A program made the position numbers and the translations under genes. Shown here in pieces: positions 40,791 through 51,853 of a stretch of DNA of 64,000 nucleotides (the first letter of the stretch is position 1; every line of letters begins with the position of its first letter). The DNA lies in contig MU058213.1 of the NCBI GenBank assembly GCA_013265495.1, positions 124,001-188,000 on the forward strand, written 5' to 3'. The DNA comes from Vicugna vicugna. Its lineage: Eukaryota. The notes under the pieces were generated by a model that had not been told where the DNA came from, made no database searches, and saw nothing but the letters and a program-made list of their open reading frames with translations.

Positions 40791-41029
40791 AAAAGAGAAA
40801 CAAAGTTGGAAAATTGAGTGTTTTGCTATTCTCCTGGGTTAAGTCATGCTACCCCAAGTTTTTCTTATGTATAAGAAGATTTTACTGGCTGCTTCTGGAG
40901 GATGGGGGTCATTGTGTCAGCTTAAGATTGTTGCACAGACAGGGTTCAGTGCTTTTCTTCATTTTCTCCAAAGCCTGGAGAAGGAACACCACAGTGGTGG
41001 CCACATCAGTGGCATCATCACATTTCACA

Positions 41030-41240
41030 TTTATTGAGTGCTTACTATGTGCCAGGTGCTGTGCTAAGTGCTTCACACGTAATCCTCATGGGAAGCCCAT
41101 AAGGTGCAAATCTTTTTACCCCCACCTTTCAGATTAAAAGAGATTCAGAAATTCACCCAAACTATCACTCAGCTTGTAAAGGGTGAAACTAGGGTTCAAA
41201 TTCAGGAAATCTGACAGTAGCGCTCGCACCATTAGTAACT
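41030..41240 (-). mobile_element. MIR SINE remnant
   Basis: tttattgagtgcttactatgtgccaggtgctgtgctaagtgcttcaca. Confidence 0.7.
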
Positions 41241-41629
41241 AGTCTTTCCTGCCTCTCAGAAAGAAGCCTAGGATTCCGCCATTCTTTCTGGCTCCTTTGG
41301 CCTTTCTACTGCAGCAGCAGGGGCTAAAGGCACACACGTGAAGGAGGTTCAGCGAGTCCTTTTCTGTTTTGTCTTATTTGGTTGGTCTCATTCTTAGGAG
41401 TCTAGCAGTGAAATACGTTTTGGCAACCTGGTCCATTCGACAGAAGACGCAGCCGTCTTTGTGTTTGCTTACTCTCTTTCTCCATACCCTACCCTCCTTT
41501 TGCTCTAGAATGCACTCTGGCTGATAGCAACATATGCCCTCCTGCTTTCTTTTAGTTCACATTAGCATGATATATATTTTCCCACTCCTTTACTTTTAAT
41601 CTATGGGTATCATCTTAAAATACATTTTT

Positions 41630-41760
41630 GGAGGGAGGGTGTAGCTCAAGTGGCAGAGCACATGCTTAGCATGCAAGAGGTGCTGGGTTCAATCTCCAGT
41701 ACCTCCATTTAAAAAAATAATAGACCAAATGACCCCCCCAATTAATTAACTAATTAATTA
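41630..41760 (+). mobile_element. tRNA-derived SINE (camelid Vic-1-like)
   Basis: ggagggtgtagctcaagtggcagagcacatgcttagcatgcaagaggtgctgggttcaatctccagtacctcca with A/B boxes and A/T-rich tail. Confidence 0.85.
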
Positions 41761-41843
41761 AATTTTTTTGTAGGCAGTGTATATTTAGGTCTTGCTTTTT
41801 TCCCCAGTCTGATCATTCCTGCCTTTGAATTGAGGTATTTAAA

Positions 41844-42050
41844 CAAGGGACTAGTACACTGGCTGGTTGGGCTGCCTGTTTTTGTAAATAATGTTTTATT
41901 GGAGTTCAGCCACGCCCGCTTGCTTGTGTGTTGACTGTGGCTGCTCTTGTGCTGTTGCAGCAGAGTTAAGGAGTTGCAACAGAGAGTATAACTTGGCAAA
42001 GGTAAAGTATTTCCTCTCTGGCCCTTTAAGAAAAGGTTTGTTGATCTTTG
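41844..42050 (+). mobile_element. MER58A-like DNA transposon
   Basis: gctgcctgtttttgtaaataatgttttattggagttcagccacg...tctggccctttaagaaaaggtttg. Confidence 0.75.
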
Positions 42051-42764
42051 ATTCAGGTATTTACATCTAATGTAATTATATGGTTGGTTAAAACCTACCA
42101 TCTTGTTGCTGTCTCATTTGTCCTCTGTTCCCTTTTTTCTCTTTTTCTGTCTTTTGGGCTGATGAAAATGTTTTTGTAATTTCACCTTATTTCCTTCCTT
42201 GGCTTATTAGTTACAACTTATTGTTGTGTTATTTTACTTTAAAGTTTACAGTGTGTAACTCTATCACAGTCTACCTTCAAACAACACATCATTTTACACA
42301 GTGTAAGAACTTTATGGCAATATACTTCCATTCTCCTCTTTGGGCCTTTTTGGTATTGTTGTCATATATTTTACCAGCACAGAACTGTAAAACTAGAAAC
42401 GTTTAGATTATTTTTGCTTCAAGTAATCAATTGTCTTTTAAAGAGATTTAAATAGAGAGGAAAAGTCTTTGTATAATTTACCTCTATAGTTACCGCCACT
42501 CGTGCCCTTCACTGCTTTGTGTCAAACCAGACCTCCAGCTGATGGTATCATTTTCTTTTGGCTTGAAGGACTGACTTTCTCGACAGTCCTTTCACATTCC
42601 TTTTTTTTATACCTTTATTGTGGTATGATTCCTGTGCAGTAAACTGCACATATTTCAGATGTACAATTTGGTGAATTTTGATGGATGTATACACCCATGA
42701 AACCACCACCACAAACAAAATAGCTAACAGTCTCATCAGTCCCCAAGAGGTGCAGATTTCACAT

Positions 42765-43744
42765 TCTCAATTTATCCCTTCCCACCCCCTTTATCCCCTG
42801 TTAATCATAAGTTTGTTCTATACGTCTGTGAGTCTTTCTGTTTTGTAGATAAGTTCATTTGTGTCCTTTTTTTTTTTTAGATTCCACATATAAGTGATAT
42901 CATATGCCATTTTTCTTTCTCTTTCTGGCTTACTTCACCTAAAATGACATTCTTCAGGTCCATCCATGTTGCTGCAAATGGCATCATTTTATTCTTTTTT
43001 TATGGCCAAGTAGTATTTCATTGTATAAATATACCACAACTCTTTATCCAGTCACCTGTTGATGGACATTTAGGTTGTTTCCATGTTTTGGCTATTGTAA
43101 ATAGTGCTGCTTTGAACACTGGGGTGCTTGTGTCTTTTTGAATTATATTTTTCTCTGGATATATGCCCAGGAGTGGGATTGCTGGATCATATGCTAAGTT
43201 TATTTTTAGTTTTTTGAGGAATCTCCATACTATTTTCCATAGTGGCTACATCAATTTACATTCCCACCAACAGTGTAAGAGGGTTCCTTTATCTCCACAC
43301 CCTCTCCAGCATTTACGATTTGTGGACTTTTGAATGATGGACATTCTGACTAGTGTGAGGTGATCTCATTGTAGGTTTGATTTGCATTTCTCTAACCATT
43401 AGTGAAGTTGAGCATCTTTTCATGTGCTTGTTGGCCCTCTGTATATCTTTGAAGAGATGTCTATTTAGGTCTTCTGCCCACTTTTTGATTGGGTTGCTTG
43501 GTTTTTTTTTTTTTTATATTAAGGTGTATGAACTATTTATATATTTTGGAAATTAGTCCCTTGTCATTTGCTTCATTTGCAGATGTTTTCTCCCATTCTG
43601 TATGTTGTTGATTTTCCAGTAATCTACACCTTGATAGTATCCTTAGCTGTGCAAGAGCTTTTAAGTTTAATTAGAACCCATTTGTTTATTTTTATTTCCA
43701 TTACTCTAGGAGCTGGTTTAAAAAAAATATTGCTGTGATTTATT
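42765..43744 (-). mobile_element. L1 3' portion (3' UTR plus ORF2 C-terminus)
   Basis: Antisense L1 3' sequence closely similar to 7150-7770. Confidence 0.85.
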
Positions 43745-46088
43745 TCAAAATTTATTTTATAACTGGCGGAGACATTTCCATTTCATCAAAAACAACAAAA
43801 TACCTAGAAATAAACTTAACCAAGGAGGTTACCTATCCTCTGAAAGCCGAAATGACACAAAGAAATGGAAAGATTTCTTGTGCTCTTGGGCTTGGAAGAA
43901 TCAACACTATCAAAATGGCCACACTCCCCAAAGCAAACCACAGATCCAACACAACCCCCATCAAAATACTCACGACATTCCTCACAGAACTAGAACAGAC
44001 AATTCCAAAATTTATAAGGAACTACAAAAGACCCCAAACAGCCCAAAGCAATGTTTTGTAGGGTTCTTTTTTTCTTTTTTTCCCTCTTTCTTCTTTTCTC
44101 TTTTCTTATGGTTTGATGACTAGAGAAGGTCCTTTAACATTTGTTGTAAAGCTGGTTTGGTGGTGCTGAAACCTTTTAGCTTTTGTTTACCTGTGAAGCT
44201 TCTGATATCTCCATCAAGTCTGAACGAGAGCCTTGCTAGATAGAGTATCCTTGGTTGTAAGTTTCCCCCATCATCACTTTAAATACATCGTGCCACTCGC
44301 TTCTGGCCTGTAGAGTTTGTGCTGAAAAATCAGCTGATAACCCTGTGGGAGTTCCCTTGTATATTATTTGTTGCTTTTCTCTTGCTGATTTTCATATCTC
44401 CTTATCCTTAATTTTTGTCAGTTTGATGACTATGTGCCTTGGTGTGTTCCTCTTTGGGTTGATTCTGTGTGTTACTCTCTGCACTTTGAGGACTTGGGTG
44501 ACTGTTTCTTTCCCAAGTTGGGTTTCAGTGATTATCTCTCCAAAAATTTTCTCAGGTCCTTTCTCCCTCTCTTCTCTTTCTGGGACCCCTATAATGCGAA
44601 TATTAGAGTGCTTCATGTTGTCCTAGAGTTCTCTTAAACTATACTCATTCCTTTTAATTTTTCTTCTTTTCCTATTCTGAAGTAGTGATTTCCACTAATC
44701 TATCTTCTGATCTGATCCATTCTTCTGCTTCATTTAGTCTATTCTTGGTTCCTCCTAGTGTATAGTTCATTTCAGTGATTTTATTCTTCAACTCTGGGTA
44801 TTCTTTGTATTTTCTAACTCTTGGCTAAAAACTTCACTCTGTGCATCTGTACTCCTCTTGAATTCTCTAAACATCTTGGCCATCATTTCTTTAAACTATT
44901 TCTCAGACAGGGAATCTATCTGAAGAAGGCAATCTCCTCATCACTTATTTCTTCTTCTGGGATTTTATCTTATGCCTTGGCCTGGGAGATGTTTCTTTGC
45001 CACCTCATATCGTCTGTGTGTTTGTGGATTCCTTTCATAGGCTTTGGGATCATTGTTTCCTTTTCTTTTTCTTTCTTTTTTTTTTTTTTAAGTAAAGGTA
45101 GATTTATTTAGAGAGACACATACTGCATAAGGTGTAACACAAGGGAAAGGCAAGGAAAGCGGTATGGGAATTGGGTGCTCAGGTTAAAGTAAAAGTAGGT
45201 ACACATTCCTTAGACAGAGTTCAAGCCATGTCCGAAGAGGAGGCAGTGAAAAAGCCGGGGTTATTGTTTCCTTATTTCTACTATCTGCCCCTGCTGGATG
45301 AGGCTGGACTAGAGGCTTTTGCAGGTTTCCTGGCAGGAGGAGCCAGTGCCTGCCCACCTCTGGGTGAGGCTTGGTCCTGGACCTCTGGTGGGTAGGGCTG
45401 TGTCTAGAGGCCTTTGTGGCTTAGGAAGTCTGCTGATGGGTGGGGCTGTGTTCCCACCCTGTATGTTGTTTGGCCTGAGGCTTCCCTACAGGCTGAGTGG
45501 GGCTAGGTCTTGGTGCTAGTGATCCAATCAAGATGTCAGCCCTCAGGAAAGCTCATGTAGATTAATATGCCCAGAATGTCTGCCACCAGCTTTTATGTCT
45601 CCTGAGTGAGCCACAGCCATTCCCCATGTCCCCAAGAGTCCCTCCAAATCTGTCAGGCAAGTCTGGCCCAGGTTCCTATGAAATTACTGCCTCAGCCCTT
45701 GGACCTGGTGCACATGAGTTTCCATGTATGCTTCCCAAGCAAATGGAGTTTCCGTTTCCCCCAGTCCTATGTGGCTCCCAGAGCCAAGCCTCCCTGGCCT
45801 TTAAAGCCAGATATCCTAGGGTCTCCTCCTCTTAATGTTGGAACTCCAGGCTGGGGAGCCTGATGTGGGGCTCAGAGCTCTCACTCCTGTGGGAGGGCCT
45901 TTGCAACTTAACTATTCTTCAGCTTGTATGTCACCCACCCAAATTATATCACGAGCACACCCCTCCTACCGTCCTGCTGTGGTTCCCTCTTTATGTTTCC
46001 AGTTGCAGAAGATCTTTTTTGCTAGGTTTTTTTCAATGGTTGTTTAGCATTCAGTTGTGGTTTCATTGTAGTCATACGGAGAGGCAAG
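43745..46088 (-). mobile_element. ORF1-only L1 derivative (HAL1-like), copy A; extreme 5' end continues at 51838-51853
   Basis: Minus strand order: L1 5' UTR, ORF1 remnant (ORF 44392..44616 NIRIIGVPE), inverted ORF2 fragment ~43775-44055, AATAAA; colinear with 58590-60779. Confidence 0.8.
45063..45256 (-). mobile_element. Short poly(A)-tailed retroposed insert of unknown, possibly LTR-derived, origin
   Basis: Poly(T) at left; tttatt (AATAAA on minus) at 45103-45108; attgtttcctt TSD at 45052-45062 and 45263-45273; absent from copy B. Confidence 0.8.
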
Positions 46089-46385
46089 TTGCTCACCACA
46101 CGACAGGCCAATAAATTGGGAGACGAGGTGCTGAGGCCAGGAATAGTGACTTTATTCAGAAAGCTGGCAGACTGAGAGGATGGCAGACTAATGTCTTGGA
46201 GAACCATCCTGCTATAGTCAAAATACAGACTCCTTTTATACAAAAAAAAAAAAAAAGGGAGGGGGTGTGGTAGATTGTTGCAATCTTCTTGCTGCAGGCA
46301 TTCTTTGTTCTTGCAGCCACCCCCGTGGGCTAGGTCATGGTGTCCCTGTAAGCCTCCAACAAAACGAAGGTTACTCTCTTCTACA
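46088..46385 (-). repeat. 3' LTR of the provirus (terminal ~20 bp missing)
   Basis: Roughly 90% identical by eye to the 5' LTR; minus-strand TATA (gtataaaag) and AATAAA. Confidence 0.88.
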
Positions 46386-47229
46386 ATTCCCCACTGTCAG
46401 TGTCCATTCCACAATCTTGTGGGAAAAGGGGCGATGGCCACTCTGAAAAGGGGCTTGAGGGTGATTATAGAATGGAATTGGTCAGCCTTGGTCAGGAAAC
46501 ATTGCTGGGCATCTTTAGTCAGTAGTATGATCTCTCTCTCTTTATTTACAACTATTTGATCCTGATAAAACTCCTTGGTACTTTGTTGAACTTGGAGTTT
46601 TGGTTCCAGTTCCCTGTACATATCTATGAATGTTAATTTTTTCCACTGTACCATAATTACACTAGACTCTTGTGTTATTTAGTTCATCAGAAGACTTAAA
46701 ATGGCATCATGATGCCTCCAGGCGACCAGTTCTATAGAGGTTAGTGGCTGTCACTCTTTCCGTCTCTTTATTTTATAAGCCCCCAAGGTGTGGTCTTCGT
46801 GGTAATTCAGGCTATTTTGTAAGGTTAAAATCCTGTGACCGTCTCCCTGGAGATTGACTCATAGACCAAGCATGATCATAGCATTTGCTTACTGGAATAA
46901 AGTAGAAACAGTAAGATCAATAGCTTTAGTTTTAACAATGGGCTTGGAGTTGTGAGTAGCAACTGATCAGTCGACCATTTTAAGGACAGGCATAAGAATA
47001 AGCAATCTGTTAGCCTAAGTGCAGCGATTTTATTAATCCTCCTTCAAAACCTCCACTATCAGTTTCTCTCATTCCATTTCTGTGGCAATAGGGAGATGGG
47101 CATTGTGTTCCTGCTGAAAGGGGCATTGTTTGGGGCCCTTGAAATGGAATTAGCCAACGTGATCTTGCCATGTGGCTGGGGATTTAGAAGGAGCCTTAGC
47201 TGCTCGTTTCCTGCACATTAGACAATGGA

Positions 47230-47485
47230 AAACAGTCTAAATATTAGATATATACCAACTCCTGTTAACAGAAGTGATAACAGAAACTAGAATTCCCATA
47301 AGAATGGATTTGAGACCTTGGGGTATCCATGAAAAGAGACCAGAAAACCAGGTGTTAACTTGGATTATAATTTTTCACACATATGCATCTGAATCCCCTA
47401 CATTATGTATTTGTTGTTTTATGTCCTCCAGGGCAACTATGACATTCCCAGACTTATCTTGTGTGAAAGTACAACAGGCAGTATG
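47230..47485 (-). pseudogene. Disrupted retroviral env TM remnant
   Basis: Minus strand translates HTACCTFTQDKSGNV..., then WFSGLFSWIPQGLKSILMGILVSVI (CC motif, Trp-rich segment, hydrophobic helix) with a stop in between. Confidence 0.6.
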
Positions 47486-50400
47486 AATCTAGAAACTCAG
47501 TAACTACAAGAGGAGAACTTAAACCCATAAGGTTGTAGCCACAAGTTGCCAGCAGACACTGCTTTGAGAGTGGCTGGTGCATTCTAATTTTGACACCACT
47601 CAGAAAACTCAAGTTCTCAGCAATACAGGAACTTGTCTGAAATCACATCTACATTGGTTACCTAGTTTTACCTTGGATGTCTGAACTACAGTTATTCCAT
47701 TTTGATTTTCAAATGCATTTTTCTCCTTAATGGCCAAAGCAGATGTTATCATTAATGATTTTAGTGCTTTTCTAGATATGAGGAGATGCAAGAACTTGGG
47801 CTCATAAAATCTTTTCCTGAAAACATCTAACTGTCTGAAGGCCTTTTCAGCCAATTTTCCCAGAGCACAGAGCTCCTCACTCCTGGTCTCCACCCCGAAC
47901 TCCTTTAGGGCGTGTTGGAGGTCAGCGGCTGCAGCGGCTCGTGATTTAATCCAAGCAGAGGTAGATGGCAAGTGCCAACGTGATCCAATCCTTGTAGAGG
48001 CAGGTGGCGAGTGCCCTCATGATCATAAATTTGACCGTGGTTCGGCATGACCATTTGTCCCAAGATGCTAAGAATGCTTACTCCTAGGTCAGGCGAGGAT
48101 TTTTATTGATAGGCCACTCAATGCGCTATTATGGGACTAGGCCTTGTTAACAGTAGGGAAAAGTCTCTGGACCACCTGTCTTACTAGTCTGTTATGGTCC
48201 AGGAGAATATTCCCTCTTGCTTTTTTCCCATATCTAGAGTTGCACTGTTACAATAATTGGTCTCATACAGAAGTATATATCTGGTCTACTGTTTTAAGTT
48301 ACCTAGTCATTATTTTATCAGAGGCTCAGTCACACAACTGGTAATGCAAGAAACAACAATTTTGTAAAACAGGCAAAACACATAATATAGTTAGCAATAT
48401 TAGTAAGGTCATAAGTGAGAATTTAAGCCAAGAACTTTCATTAGGTACTTACAAAGATATAATTTACCAAACTGCTATAAGTCGTAATTAGCTTGAGAAG
48501 GAGGACATCTTTATATCTGGTGAACACAGATTAAAACCCAGTAATATTTCAGACAAAACCAAAAATTATAACCATATTCATCAGTCTATTCAGTCCCATA
48601 TAACTAATTCTTTTTTTAACAGTTTTATGAAATCAGAGTTTCTATCAGACTTCTAAAATTTCTTACCCATTTTAGTTCAGTGCTATAGTTTGAAATTAGC
48701 AACCAGTAAATCTCCTTGAAGAGAAAGCATTCTGCAAAAGCATCAGCATGAAACAATAACTGTCTTTAAATGACAAAAGACTTAAAAGCATGGTTGAGCA
48801 CCTAGTTACACTGTAATCAATAAAGAGGCCTGATCACAATGTAACATTTCAGACATACCAGATTTTTAGGGATTCCATGTAATTTCTAGAATATCTATAT
48901 TAATAATATTTTCTCATATAATATAACCTAGGAAGATTTATTATTCATTTGACAGTACTTCCCATGTTGTTTAACACACCGAATGAAATTTATTAGTTTA
49001 AAATCTCTCTCTGGGATGTTTCAGGGGCCCTCTAAATCATCTCAGACTTAACTGGAGGTCAAAAGAATTCTGATTAAAATTTGATATTTGGGGAGCTTGT
49101 TAAAAAGTTTCAAAACACTTGGTCAGATAAAAGTATAGGTCACCATGAAACAGTACTTACTTATTCATTAACAGTAAAAATATTTCAAGGGTAAATACAG
49201 AATAGATCACTTAAGGGGTAAAAGATACTTTACAATCTGTTACCAAAAGCAGATTAACATTTTAAGATAACTTTTTTCTCTCAACAGAAAGAAAGAGAAC
49301 CAAATCTAGTCATCTTGTACCAACTTCCTTTTAAGATTTAATCAACTAAACTTATTTTAACTTAGCCAGACCATGTATAAAACTCTTCTCTCAGGGTTTC
49401 TCTTTCACAAACTTTGCACATTTTTCTCTATCTGTATTATTTTGTCCCTTATTTTCTTTTCCATTCAGAAGCAACCAGCTTTAGGAAAAAGTCATTCTTT
49501 TTCCATTAACAAGATATAATTCCATTTTTTATACCTTCTTTCACTGAAAACATTCATCTTACATTCCTAGCACACTGAGATGTTTCCCTTAGCAGTAGAG
49601 GATATTTCAGCATGGTACCAAACATTTATTAATATTCATTTCTTAAGTATCTTTAGTTTCTCTGTAAGAGGAAGTCAATATTCAACAAATAATGTTTCAA
49701 TATCTTATTTTATCTGAAAATGACCTATTTAATAAACTTCTATCACTTAATTTAGCACAACTCTAAAATTTTAAGTTACCAAATATCTAGGGAGATCATT
49801 TGAGTGAACATTCCTGAAATAGTCATTCCTTAAAAGTTTACCCCAAAGCTCTTTATCATTTGCATTTAAGTTACCTACAAGAATATTATTCCAAGTTGTT
49901 TTTCTTGCTGATAGATTTGTAACAGATATGACAATGTCTTATAGGACTTCTATTAAACCTAAGTACAGTAAAAGTTTTATGCTTAACATTAATGAATCTT
50001 GATAGACGTCTATATTAATTAAACCAATAGGCTTAAGCTAGCTTCAAATACCAGGTATTGATTCAGTACTGAATATTTTTTTTAATCACGTGAACCCGGT
50101 TTTCATTCTGGCAAGTTTCTTTTACATTTCTGAGTGTTTAAATAAGCATGTAATTTTCATTAAGTCAATTAAATATAGCTCTTCTACAAATAAATGTTGG
50201 CAATGCCACATATCTACAACACACATGTAGGTATGTACAAACACAGAGACCGCATAGTTCCCATTTTAAACTTTTAGCTATGAATTGGATACCACAATGT
50301 AAGACTCATCAGTTACAAGAGGTTGGATTCAAATTGGGTTTTTGGCAGATGGAATAAATCAAAGTTGCCTGACTAGATAGCTAAACATTTTTAGTAACTT

Positions 50401-50619
50401 CTACGGAAGACATTTAAGATTTCTATTTGTTTCCAGATTACTTCCTTTTTCAAACTTTGCATTCCAGAGGTCATAACAGCAGTTAAGTCATTGGCACTGG
50501 GACAGAAATTTAGAAGTTACAAAGTCTACTAGTTGAGACCCCACTGTCAGTCTTGGGTGGCAGTTGTTATAGGGGTCTTTAAAATGGCTAAGAGCCCCGG
50601 GCCCTGTCAGTCATTACCT

Positions 50620-50882
50620 TCCTCATTATGGGATTTTGTAAAGGCTTGTATATATGGTTTTTCTTTCCTGTTTACCTTTTCTCTGGCAAAACAGTTCTAG
50701 CTAGAGAATGGTTTAGTAATTTCCAGGCCAGTGTTCCCCAGAGCCTAGAGTGTACACCACTCAAGCAGTATTACAGTAAAATGCCACCTTTTTCTTAGTC
50801 ACAGGCTCACAGCTGTATTTTCCCATTTTTTTGAGACACGCCCCAAAGGGCTTTCCTTAGGGACAGATGGAGTATTTCCCAT
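50620..50882 (-). pseudogene. Disrupted retroviral gag matrix remnant
   Basis: MGNTPSVPKESPLG (MGxxxS myristoylation-type start); after a frameshift KKKVAFYCNTA...W, typical of gamma-like gag matrix. Confidence 0.7.
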
Positions 50883-51489
50883 GTCTGTAAGTTTAAGAAC
50901 AGTAAGACACAGAAGGCGCCAACAAACCCCAATACCAAAATCACAAAGTACAACATGACGAAAACAAAACTGAAGCCATCTTTCCCTTGGGCATGGATTC
51001 ATAGCTGTATGGAATCAGACCACTTATTCAAAATGTGCCTCAAAGAACCTTCTTTAGGAATAGTTGAAACGTTCCCCATCTTTTTTTTTTTTTAAGGCAA
51101 GAATACAAGACAAACAAAACACAAACAACACACAAATGCTAGCATCCAAAGAAACAAATGAACCGGTTCCAAATCGAGTAAAAGTCCAACAACTATTTCC
51201 TCTCACCACCAGGATGCCCCACTGAAACAAAGTGGCTTATTCCAGAGAAAAAGCCCAAATGCAGAGGGAAAAAATTCCTGGCTGTACACACCAGAGCAAC
51301 TTACCCTACTGGATGGAGCCCCTCGACCCCCAAATGTCGATTCCTTGCTCCAACTGCCAAGCGCTGGGGTAGCTGGTGCTGCTTCAGGGAATTTTGAGGG
51401 GAAGATCCTCAGGACAAGTAGTCCTGGCAGCTGCTAGAGCCTGACCCGAAAATTCCCCAAACAGGGCCGGCTGGCCATGAGCAGCAAGG

Positions 51490-51508
51490 CTCCTGGCTGG
51501 CTTTGCCA
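51490..51508 (-). promoter_or_regulatory. Primer-binding site resembling the complement of the tRNA-Arg 3' end
   Basis: TGGCAAAGCCAGCCAGGAG versus expected TGGCGAGCCAGCCAGGAG, 4 nt from the LTR end. Confidence 0.7.
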
Positions 51509-51512
51509 AAAT

Positions 51513-51837
51513 TGTTGCCGAGTCCAAACTCATTCTGCTCGCCGCACGACAGGCCAATAAATCGGGAGATGAGGTATTGAGGCAGGGGATAGCGACTTTA
51601 TTTGGAAAGCCGGCAGACTGAGAGGATGGCAGACTAATGTCTTGGAGAACCATCCTGCTATAGTCAGAACACAGGCTCCTTTTACACACACGAAAAAAAA
51701 AAAAACAAGGGAGGGGGTGTGGTAGATTGTTGCAATCTTCCTGCTGCAGGCATTCTTTGTTCTTGCAGCCATCCCCGTGGGCTACGTCATGGTGTCCCTG
51801 TAACCCTCCAACAAAACGAAGGTTATTCTCTCCTACA
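51513..51837 (-). repeat. 5' LTR of the provirus (325 bp)
   Basis: TG...CA termini; minus-strand AATAAA; direct repeat of 46088-46385. Confidence 0.9.
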
Positions 51838-51853
51838 ATCTTGACCGGAACGC

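Larger units (their letters stand above)
46088..51837 (-). mobile_element. ERV1-like defective provirus (~5.75 kb) with two LTRs, PBS, gag and env remnants, no recognisable pol
   Basis: LTRs at 51513-51837 (TG...CA) and ~46088-46385; PBS TGGCAAAGCCAGCCAGGAG; purine-rich tract agtggggaat before the 3' LTR. Confidence 0.88.

Noticed and set aside
41630..41710. Possible tRNA-Ala gene
   Set aside because: Degenerate stems, A-rich tail and a second diverged copy with TSD indicate a SINE
46397..46654. 85-aa ORF before the 3' LTR as a viral accessory gene
   Set aside because: Short, no recognisable motif, and in a decayed provirus; cannot be supported without comparing other copies
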